Source of the DNA: Planctomycetota bacterium
GTDB lineage: Bacteria > Planctomycetota > GCA-002687715 > CAIWVZ01
Assembly (NCBI GenBank): GCA_044222185.1
Contig: JBGANV010000007.1
Location: 96,001 to 160,000, forward strand
Length of the DNA: 64,000 bases
Direction of reading: 5' to 3'
The notes below the pieces were generated by a model. It saw only the letters and a program-made list of their open reading frames with translations, searched no databases and was not told the DNA's origin. Made by a program: the position numbers and the translations under genes. This document shows positions 18,064 to 29,693 of this stretch, piece by piece. Numbering within the stretch: position 1 is the stretch's first letter; each line of letters opens with the position of its first letter.

Positions 18064-19227
18064 TCAGCCAAGGAGCGGGTAGTTGGTGCGGGCTCGGTGA
18101 CCACCCGTTCGGAAACGCAGAGGGGCGAAGAACGTGGCGTCGAAGGCCGACGGCCGGCCGGCGGTGATCCACTCGGCGACGCCGCGCCCGACGGACGGTG
18201 CGAGCTTGAAGCCGTGGCCGCTGAACCCGGCGACGAGCCAGAGTCCACCGACTTCGGGCACGGGACCGATGATCGCCTGCGAGTCGGGCGTCACGGCATA
18301 GATCGCACCGCACCCGCCCCAGGAGACGGCGTTTTCGTACCGCGGAAGGCGCTTCATGATCTGGCCGCGGGTCCAAGCGACGAACCGCCCCGAGCAACCC
18401 TCGTCGAAACTTTCCGGGTCTATTCGCTCGTCGTCCTCGTAACCGAGCTTCCCGACGCGCGTGCCCCGTCCGCCCTCGCACTTGTAGTAGACGTCCAATT
18501 CCAGGTCCGCCACGATCGGCGTGACATGCTCGCCGCCCGTCGGAGTTTCGAAGTACGCCTGCTCGGGGCGGACCGCGACGATGGGCGCCGTGACGCCGAC
18601 GCCTTCGAGAATGCGGTCACTCCAGGCGCCGGTCGCCAGGACCACGGCGTCAGCGGGTTCGATTCCTTGATCGGTCTTCACGCCCGCGACTCGCCCTCCA
18701 TCGAGAACCAGTCCGCGTGCCGGTGTGTGTTCGCGGATCGTCACGCCGACCCGCCGAGCGGCCTCGGCGAAACCGGCGACCGTCCGCACGGGATCCACGT
18801 ACGCGGCCTCCGGCTCCCACCCGGCGACGTGCGTCGCGTCGACGGCCATGTCCGGGGCGACCGACAGGATTTCCAGTCCGACGAGCACCGACGCGGCGAC
18901 TCCGTGCGCCTGCTGGACAGCCACGGTGTCGCGGATGACCTGCGCCTCCGCGGGTCCCCCGATCACCATCATTCCCGGCTGGCGGAAGCCGATGTCGATT
19001 CCGGTCCGGGCCGCGAACGTGCGATACGCCGCACGGCTGTCACGGGCCATCTGCACGAGGACCGGTTGGGGATAGAAGGTGCGGAGGATCGCTCCGGACT
19101 TGCCGCTCGACCCGGCGCCGAGGAACCGTCGTTCGAGAAGGGTGACGGCACCGCAGCCGTGCTCGCGGAGCTCGCGCGCCGTGGCGAGTCCCATGACCCC
19201 GCCGCCGATGACGATGACTTGTCCCAT
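18064..19227 (-). CDS. FAD-dependent oxidoreductase, DAO/sarcosine oxidase beta-like
   Basis: VIVIGGGVMG, GSSGKSG, YAVTPDSQAIIG, GFSGHGFKLAP. Confidence 0.9.
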   Translation of the reverse strand: MGQVIVIGGGVMGLATARELREHGCGAVTLLERRFLGAGSSGKSGAILRTFYPQPVLVQMARDSRAAYRTFAARTGIDIGFRQPGMMVIGGPAEAQVIRDTVAVQQAHGVAASVLVGLEILSVAPDMAVDATHVAGWEPEAAYVDPVRTVAGFAEAARRVGVTIREHTPARGLVLDGGRVAGVKTDQGIEPADAVVLATGAWSDRILEGVGVTAPIVAVRPEQAYFETPTGGEHVTPIVADLELDVYYKCEGGRGTRVGKLGYEDDERIDPESFDEGCSGRFVAWTRGQIMKRLPRYENAVSWGGCGAIYAVTPDSQAIIGPVPEVGGLWLVAGFSGHGFKLAPSVGRGVAEWITAGRPSAFDATFFAPLRFRTGGHRARTNYPLLG

Positions 19228-19327
19228 GGGCACCCGGTGCGGTGCGCGCCCGCGTAGCTCAGCCGGACTGTGAGGCCGTCGCAGCCGCGCCCGCGCTCTT
19301 TGGCTGGCACGAGCTCAGCGGAAGGAG

Positions 19328-19609
19328 GTGGTGAAGCTGAACCGGACGGCCCTCACGGCCGAAGCTCGGGAGGCGTCGCTTCTTCAGCCGGAGTTCACTG
19401 CGCGTCTGGCCACTGGGGCGACGTTCGCGAGATCCATCCTGGCTCATGCTGCGTTCCCGACTTTCTCGTCCGACGACGTGATCGCGTTCGCGCTCGCCGG
19501 TCTCCGACACCCTGGCGGGGGCGTCCCCAGAGCACGTCGGGGTCGGCGAGCGACCGCGATGGTAATGGGGCCAGTGAGCGGGCATCAAGTGGCGACCGCC
19601 GACGGCTGA
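19328..19609 (+). CDS. Possible small hypothetical protein
   Basis: AGGAGGT at the start region and GC-rich third positions; no recognisable motif. Confidence 0.25.
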   Translation: MVKLNRTALTAEAREASLLQPEFTARLATGATFARSILAHAAFPTFSSDDVIAFALAGLRHPGGGVPRARRGRRATAMVMGPVSGHQVATADG

Positions 19610-19723
19610 TCGGAGGGAGGGGCCTTGACAACGGATCGTTGGTTCCTTTTGTGTCGCTATCATGCACGCCTTCGCACGCCGGCGTGCGAGGTTCACCGAC
19701 CAGATTTCCTCGGAGTCACATTC

Positions 19724-20407
19724 ATGCGAACGATCATCTCCGTTTCCGCCATGGCTCTCGTGTTTGCACTGGCGAGTTGCGACGAAACCACCGCGAAGCC
19801 CAAGACCCAGGACGCCAATGCGTCGCGCGCCACGTCCGCGGCGTCACGCAAGACGGAAGAGCCGATCAAGGCTCCCGACGGCAAGGCGGATTTCGCCGTC
19901 GTGAAATTGACCACTTCCGAAGGTGACATCCTTCTCGAGCTGAACCGCAAGCGCGCACCGAACACGGTCCAGAACTTCATCGACTACGTGAAGGCCGGGT
20001 TCTACGACGACACGATCTTCCACCGCGTGATCAGCAATTTCATGATCCAGGGCGGCGGCATGGCGCCGAATGGCGTCCAGAAGAACACGCGCAAACCGAT
20101 CCAGAACGAGGCGGACAACGGCCTCACCAATCAGCGCGGGACGATCGCCATGGCACGAACGGGGGACCCGCACTCGGCCACGTCGCAGTTCTTCATCAAC
20201 GTCGTGAACAACACCATGCTCGACCATCGCAGCAAGGCCAACGGGCAGACCTGGGGCTACTGCGTGTTCGGAAAGGTCAAGGACGACGCGAGCCAGGCCG
20301 TCGTCGACAAGATCAAGGCGACGCCGGTCACCATGAACGCCATGGGCGAGAACTCCTCGCCGGTGAAGCCGCCGAAGATCGTGAAGGCCGAGATCGTCAG
20401 CGAGTGA
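19724..20407 (+). CDS. Cyclophilin-type peptidyl-prolyl isomerase, lipoprotein
   Basis: Lipobox LASC; [54 protein letters not shown]. Confidence 0.95.
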   Translation: MRTIISVSAMALVFALASCDETTAKPKTQDANASRATSAASRKTEEPIKAPDGKADFAVVKLTTSEGDILLELNRKRAPNTVQNFIDYVKAGFYDDTIFHRVISNFMIQGGGMAPNGVQKNTRKPIQNEADNGLTNQRGTIAMARTGDPHSATSQFFINVVNNTMLDHRSKANGQTWGYCVFGKVKDDASQAVVDKIKATPVTMNAMGENSSPVKPPKIVKAEIVSE

Positions 20408-20805
20408 TCGCGACCCTCGCTCGGGCGGGCGCCGTCTTCTGCGGTGCGGCGGACGACGGAGCGCCGAGCCGGGCGGTCCTCGAACGCCTCACAGCGATGG
20501 TCGCGTGCCTGCCGGCGGACCAGCGTGCACTCCTGCGTGCCGGCGTCTTCATCCTCGACTGGATCGCGGTGCCGCGGTACATGAAGCGGTTTCGACGGTT
20601 GGATGCGGGACGCGCCGAGCATGTGTTGCGCTGGCTCGCGCGCGCGCCGATCGCTCCGCTGCGCCGCCTTCACGCGAGCCTCAAGATGATCACCCAGATG
20701 GCCTGGTATGCGGATCCGGCCCGCTGGCCGGAGATCGGATACGACGGCCCCTGGCTGGGGACACGAGCGGTCGACGTGGGCCCGGGGCCCAAGCTCGCGC
20801 CATGA
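20404..20805 (+). CDS. Small partner of GMC oxidoreductase (gluconate-2-dehydrogenase subunit 3-like)
   Basis: RFRRLD...[22 protein letters not shown] pattern; 4-nt overlaps with both neighbours. Confidence 0.65.
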   Translation: MIATLARAGAVFCGAADDGAPSRAVLERLTAMVACLPADQRALLRAGVFILDWIAVPRYMKRFRRLDAGRAEHVLRWLARAPIAPLRRLHASLKMITQMAWYADPARWPEIGYDGPWLGTRAVDVGPGPKLAP

Positions 20806-22283
20806 TCGCCGCGGCCGATCGGCGGCAGGACCAGGGCGAGCTGGCGTGTCAGGTCGCCGTCGTCGGATCCGGTGCCGGCGGAGCCGTCGTGGCTCACGTG
20901 CTGGCGCAGGCCGGCCGCGACACCGTTCTGATCGAGAGCGGTGCACACCATGATCCCGCGACCTTCGATCAACGCGAAGCGACGATGATGCCCCGCCTCT
21001 ATCACGACGGCGGGCAGCAGATGACGGCCGACCAGGCCATGGTCGTGCTGACCGGCCAGGGGCTCGGCGGCTCGACGGTCCACAACACGGGAATGTGCGT
21101 GCCGACGCCACCCGCGATTCTGGATCGGTTCGAGCGGGAAGCCGGGCTTCCAGCGACGCGCGCCGAGCTCGAATCCACGACGGCCTGGGTGCTGGATCGG
21201 CTGCGCGCTCGACCCATGCGGGAGGAGGACACGAACCGCAGCAACCGGTTGCTTCGACTCGGCGCCGAGCGCCTCGGCCTCGCGACGGTGGCGCCGTTGC
21301 ACAACCGCGAGATCTGTGACGGATGCGGCTTCTGCATCCTCGGCTGTGCGTACAACCGCAAACGTCACGTCGTCTTTGCGTTTCTCGAGGATGCGGTCGC
21401 CTCGGGGCTGCGGATCGTCACCGAGCGGGCGGTGACGCGGATCGATCGGCGTGCGAGCCGTTGGGTCGTCAGCGGGCCGGGCCTTCGGGTCGTGGCCGAG
21501 AAGGTCGTGCTCGCCGCGGGCGCGCTTCGCACCCCCGGGTTGATCCTCTCGAATCGCCTCGCCGATCCGTCGAGCGTGGGGCGCTCGTTGCGGCTTCACC
21601 CGTTTGCGCCGGTCGCGGGCGTTTTCGACGAACCGGTGGACGCCTACCGGGGAATCCCACAATCGACGCTCGTGACCGGTGACGCGCGATTCCTGCAGGG
21701 TGAGCGTGGGGGGTGGGTCCTGATGGCGGCCCCGGCGCACCCGGCGACCGCCGCGGTTTTCGTTCCCGGAGTCGGGTTCGAAGTGCGGGAGCGGATGCGG
21801 CGGTTCCGCCACCTCGCCAGCGGAGGTGTGCTCCTTCACGATGAAGTTCCCTCGCGGGTCGGCGTGCGGCGCGACGGGCGGCCGTCGATCCGCTCGTGGC
21901 CGTCCGGGCCCGACGAGGTCGACCTTAGGGCGGGGATTGCAGCGTTGTGTCGTGTCTGGCTCGCGGCAGGTGCGCGTGAGGTGCTCGTGCCCTTCGGGCG
22001 CCGACCGGTCGTGCGGAACGAGGACGACATCCGCCGCTTGGCCGAGCTGGCATTCCGTCCGTACGACGTGGCGCTGACGTCCGTTCATCCGCATGCGTCC
22101 GTGCCTCTCGGTCGAGAGAGTCGCGCTCCGGTTCGACCGGACGGCGGACTGCGCGGCGCGCCCGGAGTTTTCGTCGCCGATGCCTCGATCCTTCCGTCCT
22201 CGGTCGGGGTTCCGCCCCAGGTGACGATCATGACCTGGGCCGCATGCATCGCGGGTCATGTGCTGGCCGAGGCCGTCGCGTGA
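20802..22283 (+). CDS. GMC family oxidoreductase (long-chain alcohol oxidase-like)
   Basis: VVGSGAGG, GLGGSTVHN, CDGCGFCILGC, VGRSLRLHP, VADASILPSSVGVPPQVTIM. Confidence 0.9.
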   Translation: MIAAADRRQDQGELACQVAVVGSGAGGAVVAHVLAQAGRDTVLIESGAHHDPATFDQREATMMPRLYHDGGQQMTADQAMVVLTGQGLGGSTVHNTGMCVPTPPAILDRFEREAGLPATRAELESTTAWVLDRLRARPMREEDTNRSNRLLRLGAERLGLATVAPLHNREICDGCGFCILGCAYNRKRHVVFAFLEDAVASGLRIVTERAVTRIDRRASRWVVSGPGLRVVAEKVVLAAGALRTPGLILSNRLADPSSVGRSLRLHPFAPVAGVFDEPVDAYRGIPQSTLVTGDARFLQGERGGWVLMAAPAHPATAAVFVPGVGFEVRERMRRFRHLASGGVLLHDEVPSRVGVRRDGRPSIRSWPSGPDEVDLRAGIAALCRVWLAAGAREVLVPFGRRPVVRNEDDIRRLAELAFRPYDVALTSVHPHASVPLGRESRAPVRPDGGLRGAPGVFVADASILPSSVGVPPQVTIMTWAACIAGHVLAEAVA

Positions 22284-23275
22284 GCGACGTGACCTGGCGG
22301 CGAGGGCTTCTCGAGGCACGCATTCCGGGGCTCGTCGCCGTCGCGCCGCGCCTGTCGCTCGCCGACCTCCCTACGCCAGTGACGGTGATCGAATCCCTCG
22401 CCCGAGAGTGGGGGTTGGCGTCTCTCGCGGTCAAACGTGACGACCTGACCTCCCGTGTCTATGGCGGCTGCAAGGTCCGGGCGCTGGAATTCCTGCTCGG
22501 GGACGTGCTTCGGCGCGGGGGCCGGTGCGTCGCGACCATGGGACCGGTCGGGAGCCACCACGTCCTCGCGACGTCGCTGTTCGCGCGGGAATTGGGTCTT
22601 GGCGTTCGCGCGGTCGTGTTCCCTCAACCCGCGAGCGAGGCTGCTGAATCGACCCTCCGCCGGGTCCGCGGCCTGGGTACGGAAGTCCTGAGGGCCTCGA
22701 CGCTCCTGACCGTGCCGCCGTTGGTCTGGCGCGTTCGGCGTCGGGACGCCACCGGCATCTCGCCAGCCTGGATCCCGCCCGGCGCAACGAACGCGCTCGG
22801 CGTGCTCGGCAACGCGGAGTCGGCCCTGGAAGTCGCAGCGGCGATCACGCGTGGCGACGTCGACCCGGTCGATGACGTCGTGGTCCCGGCGGGATCATGC
22901 GGCACCGCCGCCGGCGTCGCCTTGGGTTTCGGGCTCGCGGGGCTCGATGTGCGGGTCGTCGCGGTCCGCGTCGTCCCCTGGATCGTGGCGACGCGATTGC
23001 GTGTCCGTCGCCTTGCCCGCCGGGCCGCCGGGCTGCTCGAAGCTGCCGGCGGACCGGAGGCCATCGAGCTTCCCAGGATCCATGTCATCGGCAGCGAGCT
23101 CGGCCGGGGATACGCCCATCCAACGGAGGCGGGGGAGCGCGCCGCCCGGCGGGTGGAGGATGTCGCCGGTTTCCCCTGCGACCCGACGTACACGGGGAAG
23201 ACCTGGGGCTTCGTTGCCGGCGGAGCATTGGCCCACCGCCGGGTCCTCGTGTGGCAGACCTTGAGCGGCGTTTGA
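22280..23275 (+). CDS. PLP-dependent ACC deaminase / D-cysteine desulfhydrase family protein
   Basis: LPTPV, VKRDDL..GGCKVRALE, IPPGATNALG, AGSCGT, DPTYTGK. Confidence 0.85.
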   Translation: MSDVTWRRGLLEARIPGLVAVAPRLSLADLPTPVTVIESLAREWGLASLAVKRDDLTSRVYGGCKVRALEFLLGDVLRRGGRCVATMGPVGSHHVLATSLFARELGLGVRAVVFPQPASEAAESTLRRVRGLGTEVLRASTLLTVPPLVWRVRRRDATGISPAWIPPGATNALGVLGNAESALEVAAAITRGDVDPVDDVVVPAGSCGTAAGVALGFGLAGLDVRVVAVRVVPWIVATRLRVRRLARRAAGLLEAAGGPEAIELPRIHVIGSELGRGYAHPTEAGERAARRVEDVAGFPCDPTYTGKTWGFVAGGALAHRRVLVWQTLSGV

Positions 23276-23683
23276 TCCCCACGGCCGCCGCAGCGATTGA
23301 ATTTCATCGGGGCCAGCGCGGTTCCGACAAACCGGTGGGCTGGGGCGGATTTCGCGAAAGCGATCGCGGTCGGCCAGAAAACCGAATTCCAGGAACGATC
23401 GCTCTTATCCGGTTCTCAGGTTGAGACTTAAGGCCATCTCGGTGCACGGGTCGGGTTCTCGGTTTGGGCACGAATTCTGAACAGTCTGCCGGAGCCGGCT
23501 CACGATTTTCGGGCTATGGCTCTGTGATCCGGAAAAGTCTGGAACGCAAAAATCTATTATGTGCTTGTTTCCGGTTTTGCCGAAATCGGGCATACTGTCG
23601 CCCTCACGCGTTCGATTCGGAGCGCTGGTCGTGCAAGCGCCCGCATCGGACACAGACCTTCGGATGCCTCGAGGAGCAGCGTC

Positions 23684-24277
23684 GTGCAGCAACGGTTGAT
23701 GACAACGAACGAGATCGGTCGACTCGTCGGAGTGAGCGAGCGAACCGTCGCCAACTGGATCGACCGAGGCTACCTGCCGGCGTTCCGCACTCCCGGTGGT
23801 CACCGGCGAGTCGATCCGAAGGTCCTCACCAACTTCCTGATCCAGCGCGGAATCCCGATTCCCGAGTCGCTGGATACCCGGACCGTAGTCTTGATCGTCG
23901 AGGACGACGTTCAGGTCGCAGAGACGCTCCGCTCATTCCTCGACAGCGGCGGTGGCCGCTACAACGTCCAGGTCATCCACGACGGAGTCTCGGCGCTCAT
24001 CTACATCGGCAACAAGAAGCCCGACCTCGTTCTGCTCGACGTCGGGATGCCCGGGATGGACGGCCTCGAGGTCTGCCGGAAGATCCGAGGCAACCCCGAA
24101 CTCGCAGACTGCCGAGTGATGTTCGTCACGGCCCGCCACGACCTGAACAGCGCCGACGTGATCAAGGAGACGGGGGCTGCGGGTTGGATCACCAAGCCGT
24201 TCCGCAAGCAGGAGCTGGTCGACGCGGTCAACTCCGTCTTGTTCAAGCCGTCGCCCGCCATGGCGAACCGGGCCTGA
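23684..24277 (+). CDS. Response regulator with N-terminal excisionase/MerR-like HTH
   Basis: TTNEIGRLVGVSERTVANWIDRGYLPAFRTPGGHRR, then receiver LIVEDD..LLDVGMP..VTA..KPF; GAGGAG SD before GTG 23684. Confidence 0.9.
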   Translation: MQQRLMTTNEIGRLVGVSERTVANWIDRGYLPAFRTPGGHRRVDPKVLTNFLIQRGIPIPESLDTRTVVLIVEDDVQVAETLRSFLDSGGGRYNVQVIHDGVSALIYIGNKKPDLVLLDVGMPGMDGLEVCRKIRGNPELADCRVMFVTARHDLNSADVIKETGAAGWITKPFRKQELVDAVNSVLFKPSPAMANRA

Positions 24278-24304
24278 TCCTTCGCCCGGCGCGCTGGGAC
24301 GGCG

Positions 24305-24559
24305 TCATTTCGGCGGATCGTCGCGGTACAGACGCAGGATGCGCTGGCCGATCTGCTGCATGCGCGTCACGACCTGATTGAAGTCTGTCGTCGCGCGCTT
24401 CACGCTCTCGTCAGCGGCGGGCGACGCCTGGATCGTCTGCAGCGTCTCCTGAAGCCCATACATCACGGTCAGGACGTTGAAGAGATCGTGAGAAACCGAC
24501 TTCAGCTCCGTGATCAACCGCGCGTGATTGGATTGACTCGGGTCGTTGTCGGCAGCCAT
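24305..24559 (-). CDS. Stand-alone HisKA/DHp-like helical protein (84 aa)
   Basis: H-box-like SVSHDLFNVLTVMYG followed by a second amphipathic helix; GAGGA SD; no ATPase domain. Confidence 0.65.
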   Translation of the reverse strand: MAADNDPSQSNHARLITELKSVSHDLFNVLTVMYGLQETLQTIQASPAADESVKRATTDFNQVVTRMQQIGQRILRLYRDDPPK

Positions 24560-24709
24560 CGTTTCCTCGTGTTCGATCCTTGGGTTGTCGGGGAGTGAAC
24601 CGAACGACTTTGGGTCACCGCGCAAGAACGTACCAGATTCTCTCTGGACCGGGCGCGAGGACAACGCCGTAGGCACTCGCTCAGGCGGTGGCCGCGCGTT
24701 CAGACCGGC

Positions 24710-25470
24710 TCAGACGGCGAGCCATCGGCCCAGAGCGTCGAGATCGTCGAACTGCCGCGCGCCGACGGGAAGCGTGTCGGACGCCGGCCCGGGCGGGCGG
24801 CCGTGCGGAATCCACACGGCGCGAAGGCCGGCAGCGTGCGCTCCGGCGACGTCCTCGCTGAGTGAGTCGCCAACGTGGATCGCCTCGGCGGCCCTCACGT
24901 TCATCTGCGCCAAACCCGCTTCGAACATGGCGGTATGGGGCTTTCGCCAGCCCACCTCAGCGGACGAGAGGGCTCCGTTCAGGATCGGTAGGAGATCGAG
25001 GGCCGCGAGGACGCCGCGAAGCGCGCTATGCCAGTTGCTCAGGACTCCAACGCGAATTTGGTGAAACCGCAGGTCTTCGATGAGGCGCCGTGCCTGGGGC
25101 GCGACGACCCAGGCTTCAGCGGAGTCGAAATGGCGAATCAGTCGATCGAGCCAATCATCGTGCCGCCGCACGAGGTCCGGGATCGGTTCGGCGATCGAGC
25201 GCGTCAGTCTCCACCAGGCCGAGCGCTCGAGAGCATCCGACGAACGCAGGTCCGTTCCGCGATGACGGCTGTGAGCCCCGCCCCAGACCGATGCAAAGGA
25301 TGCGCGGATCTCGGCATCGTGCGTCACGACGCCGCAGTCGTGGGCGCACGCCAGGTACGACTCGACGACGGGGACCCTGGGAAACACGAGAGTGAAACCG
25401 GCGTCGAAGAACACGGCTCGGACGTCGGTCGGCCTCGGCCCGAAGGGCCGGGCCTCACGTCCCGGGGCGG

Positions 25471-25474
<4 letters not shown>
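24710..25474 (-). CDS. HAD-IA family hydrolase (REG-2-like)
   Basis: FFDAGFTL, LSNW, KP, HVGDSLSEDVAGA; GTG overlaps the ABC-F stop. Confidence 0.9.
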
Positions 25475-27354
<1,880 letters not shown>

Positions 27355-27361
27355 CGCCGAC

Positions 27362-27802
27362 TCACAGGCCGCGCATGTGCGCGAGCGCCTCGCGCAGGAC
27401 GCGCTTCAGGTCTTCATGACCGAAGAGGGCGATGGCTTCCTCCGGACTGACCCACCCCCCGGCATCGTGCTCGCGGCTCCGCCAAAAATCCGGCGCATCG
27501 ACGGACCCGAGAAAATAGACAACACGCTTGGTGGGCCTCTCCTCGCCGTCGTCATCGTCGTCGTCCGCACCCGTACCCGGCAATTTGTACACGGACTCGA
27601 TCTGGATGCCGTCGATCGCCTGAATCGACTCAATGCCAGTCTCCTCCGCGAGTTCCCTTCGCGCCGCCCCTTCCGCGGACTCGCCCGGCTCGAGGTGCCC
27701 CTTTGGAAACCCCCAGGTTCGGTGCCGCGCGTTGCGCAGGAGGAGGAAGCGGGGGCCGTCAGGGGTCTCCCGGAACACGATGAAGCCCGCCGCTTCTTTC
27801 AT
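27362..27802 (-). CDS. NUDIX hydrolase (Ap4A hydrolase-like)
   Basis: AAGFIVFR, WGFPKGHLEPGESAEGAARRELAEETG, SREH..GW. Confidence 0.9.
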   Translation of the reverse strand: MKEAAGFIVFRETPDGPRFLLLRNARHRTWGFPKGHLEPGESAEGAARRELAEETGIESIQAIDGIQIESVYKLPGTGADDDDDDGEERPTKRVVYFLGSVDAPDFWRSREHDAGGWVSPEEAIALFGHEDLKRVLREALAHMRGL

Positions 27803-28012
27803 CGGCGCATCATAGGCCGATCAAGGGGGCGGCCAAGGCGTGCCGAATGTGTGTGGAGCTGGAAGTTTCCGGGCACGTCACCCGGTGCGGTTTCTCTGGT
27901 ATGGTGGCCGCACGATTCCGGACCGCAGGCACGCGAACGTGGCGAACGGCGGCGCCATCGCTCGCGCGCGCTGACATCGAGAGGGTTCATCCGTCGCGTG
28001 AGGTATCGATAC

Positions 28013-28726
28013 GTGGACGAGACGACAGAGGGTGAGCGGCAGGACGTTCCGCGGCTGAAGACCAAACGGCCCGCCCCCACGGCCGAAGCGGTACTCGATG
28101 CGATGTACGCACTTTCGATCGCGCCGAACGACTCCGATGCAGCGTCGGCGGCGATTCACCTGGTCCAGCTCTGCTGCGGGCGATGCAGTGGGCTCCTGAA
28201 GCTGAACCGTGAGGGATCTCTCGAGGTCGCTTTCTCGAAAGACGGCAGCATCATCGAGTCGCACGCGATCCATCCAAAACAGGTCGCGCTGGATGGGATC
28301 ATGAATCCCATCTTGAGGCACAACGCGACGTTCATCCGCCCCTTGCTCTGGGAGGGCCGGTGCGTTGGGGTTCTCCGCATCACGCTTCATGACGGCCGGA
28401 CGGATGAGCCGTGCCTCTTCGCTCGTTGCTGCACCCAGATCGGTGGCGCATTCGGTACGGCACGTGGGGGACGGTGGCGTCGACTGTGGTCGGCGCTGTT
28501 CCGTGCCCGCGACTCCCTGCGCGACGCAAAGCTCGAGTTCGAGCGTTTGATGATCGAGGACCGCATCGAGGAGACCGGCGGGAACATCGCTGCAGCGGCC
28601 CGCGAGCTGAGGGTCGACCGCGGGCAGCTGTCGCGGCTCATCAAGCGCCACAAGATCCGGCTCCCCGAGGCGAGATCACCCGATGGCTCGGGAACTCCGG
28701 ACTCCGAGGCTCAGCCTGGTGGGTGA
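28013..28726 (+). CDS. GAF-like domain plus Fis-type HTH protein (no AAA+ domain)
   Basis: PLLWEGRCVGVL GAF-like strand; C-terminal LRDAKLEFERLMIEDRIEETGGNIAAAARELRVDRGQLSRLIKRHKI. Start uncertain. Confidence 0.7.
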   Translation: MDETTEGERQDVPRLKTKRPAPTAEAVLDAMYALSIAPNDSDAASAAIHLVQLCCGRCSGLLKLNREGSLEVAFSKDGSIIESHAIHPKQVALDGIMNPILRHNATFIRPLLWEGRCVGVLRITLHDGRTDEPCLFARCCTQIGGAFGTARGGRWRRLWSALFRARDSLRDAKLEFERLMIEDRIEETGGNIAAAARELRVDRGQLSRLIKRHKIRLPEARSPDGSGTPDSEAQPGG

Positions 28727-28743
28727 TCGTAAGATATTGATCA

Positions 28744-28763
28744 ACAATGACTTGAGTCATTGT
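28744..28763. promoter_or_regulatory. Perfect AT-rich palindrome, operator candidate
   Basis: ACAATGACT-TG-AGTCATTGT in an otherwise GC-rich context. Confidence 0.5.
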
Positions 28764-28915
28764 CGCTGGCTCCGTGGAGGCGCCGGCCCGATCCTGGGGA
28801 AGGCCGAAAGAACCCCCGCGGTGCGGCGTTCAATTCCACGGTAGAGGTGCCCGCTGCTTCCGCATGGCGCGGTCGTGCGGCCCGGCACCAATGGATTCGT
28901 CACTGAAGGACTGCC

Positions 28916-29626
28916 ATGAAAAAGATCGCTTGGGGTGTGATGGCGTTTGCGCTCGCAGGACTCGTCGCGGCGCAGGACGGGGCTCCGGCCGGGTCAGGCG
29001 CAAAGAAACAGGACGCGAAACCGGCCCCAGCGGCTGAGAAGCCGCAGGATGCAAAGAAGCCCGGCGAAGCGGCCGCCCTCGATCCGGAGGCGGAGGCCTG
29101 GGTCGACACCCTTGCGAAGCGCATTGCCAGCACGAACACCGTCGTGCGCGACAGCGCCAGCGCGGGCATCGAGAAGGTCGGCAAGCCCGCCCTCCCGATC
29201 CTGAACAAGTACGCCACGGGCACCGACAAGGCCCTCGCGGACGCCGCCAAGAAGCTCGCCGAGAAGATCCAGAAGGGCCCGCAAGGCCCGCAGGGTGGCG
29301 GGTTCGCGCAGCGCGGCGCGGAGCAGATCGACAAGCTCGCGAAGGACATGAACCTGGACGAGGCCAAGACCCAGAAGCTCAAGGACCTGCAGAAGAAGGC
29401 CTCGGACAAGATGCGCGAGAACATGGACGCCATGCGCAACGGCGACATGACCCGCGAAGAGATGATGGCCGAGATGCAGACGTTCCAGACCGAGATGAAA
29501 TCCGAGCTTCGCAAGTTCCTCAGCGAGGACGAGGCGAAGAAGGTCGAGGAGTCGGTCCGCGGCATGTTCGGTGGCGGACGGATGGGCGGCGGCGGCGGTC
29601 GCCGCGGTGGTGGCGGCGGCGGCTGA
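28916..29626 (+). CDS. Secreted helical protein (HEAT-like plus Spy/CpxP-like Met-rich region)
   Basis: Signal peptide MKKIAWGVMAFALAGLVAA; strong codon bias; Gly/Arg-rich tail. Confidence 0.75.
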   Translation: MKKIAWGVMAFALAGLVAAQDGAPAGSGAKKQDAKPAPAAEKPQDAKKPGEAAALDPEAEAWVDTLAKRIASTNTVVRDSASAGIEKVGKPALPILNKYATGTDKALADAAKKLAEKIQKGPQGPQGGGFAQRGAEQIDKLAKDMNLDEAKTQKLKDLQKKASDKMRENMDAMRNGDMTREEMMAEMQTFQTEMKSELRKFLSEDEAKKVEESVRGMFGGGRMGGGGGRRGGGGGG

Positions 29627-29693
29627 TCCGCACCCCCAAGCGTCCTGATCGCGTGTTCGGTCGCGCACGGGCGGTCGGTAGCATCCGACCCTG

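Noticed and set aside
19625-19663. TTGACA ... TATCAT sigma-70 promoter before the cyclophilin
   Set aside because: Spacer is 27 bp, too long for one promoter.
23684-23860. Excisionase-like HTH as a sign of a prophage or ICE
   Set aside because: Fused to a receiver domain; no integrase, att site or phage genes in the window.
27546-27566. GTC trinucleotide run as a contingency repeat
   Set aside because: Short, imperfect, in-frame poly-Asp loop in the NUDIX protein.
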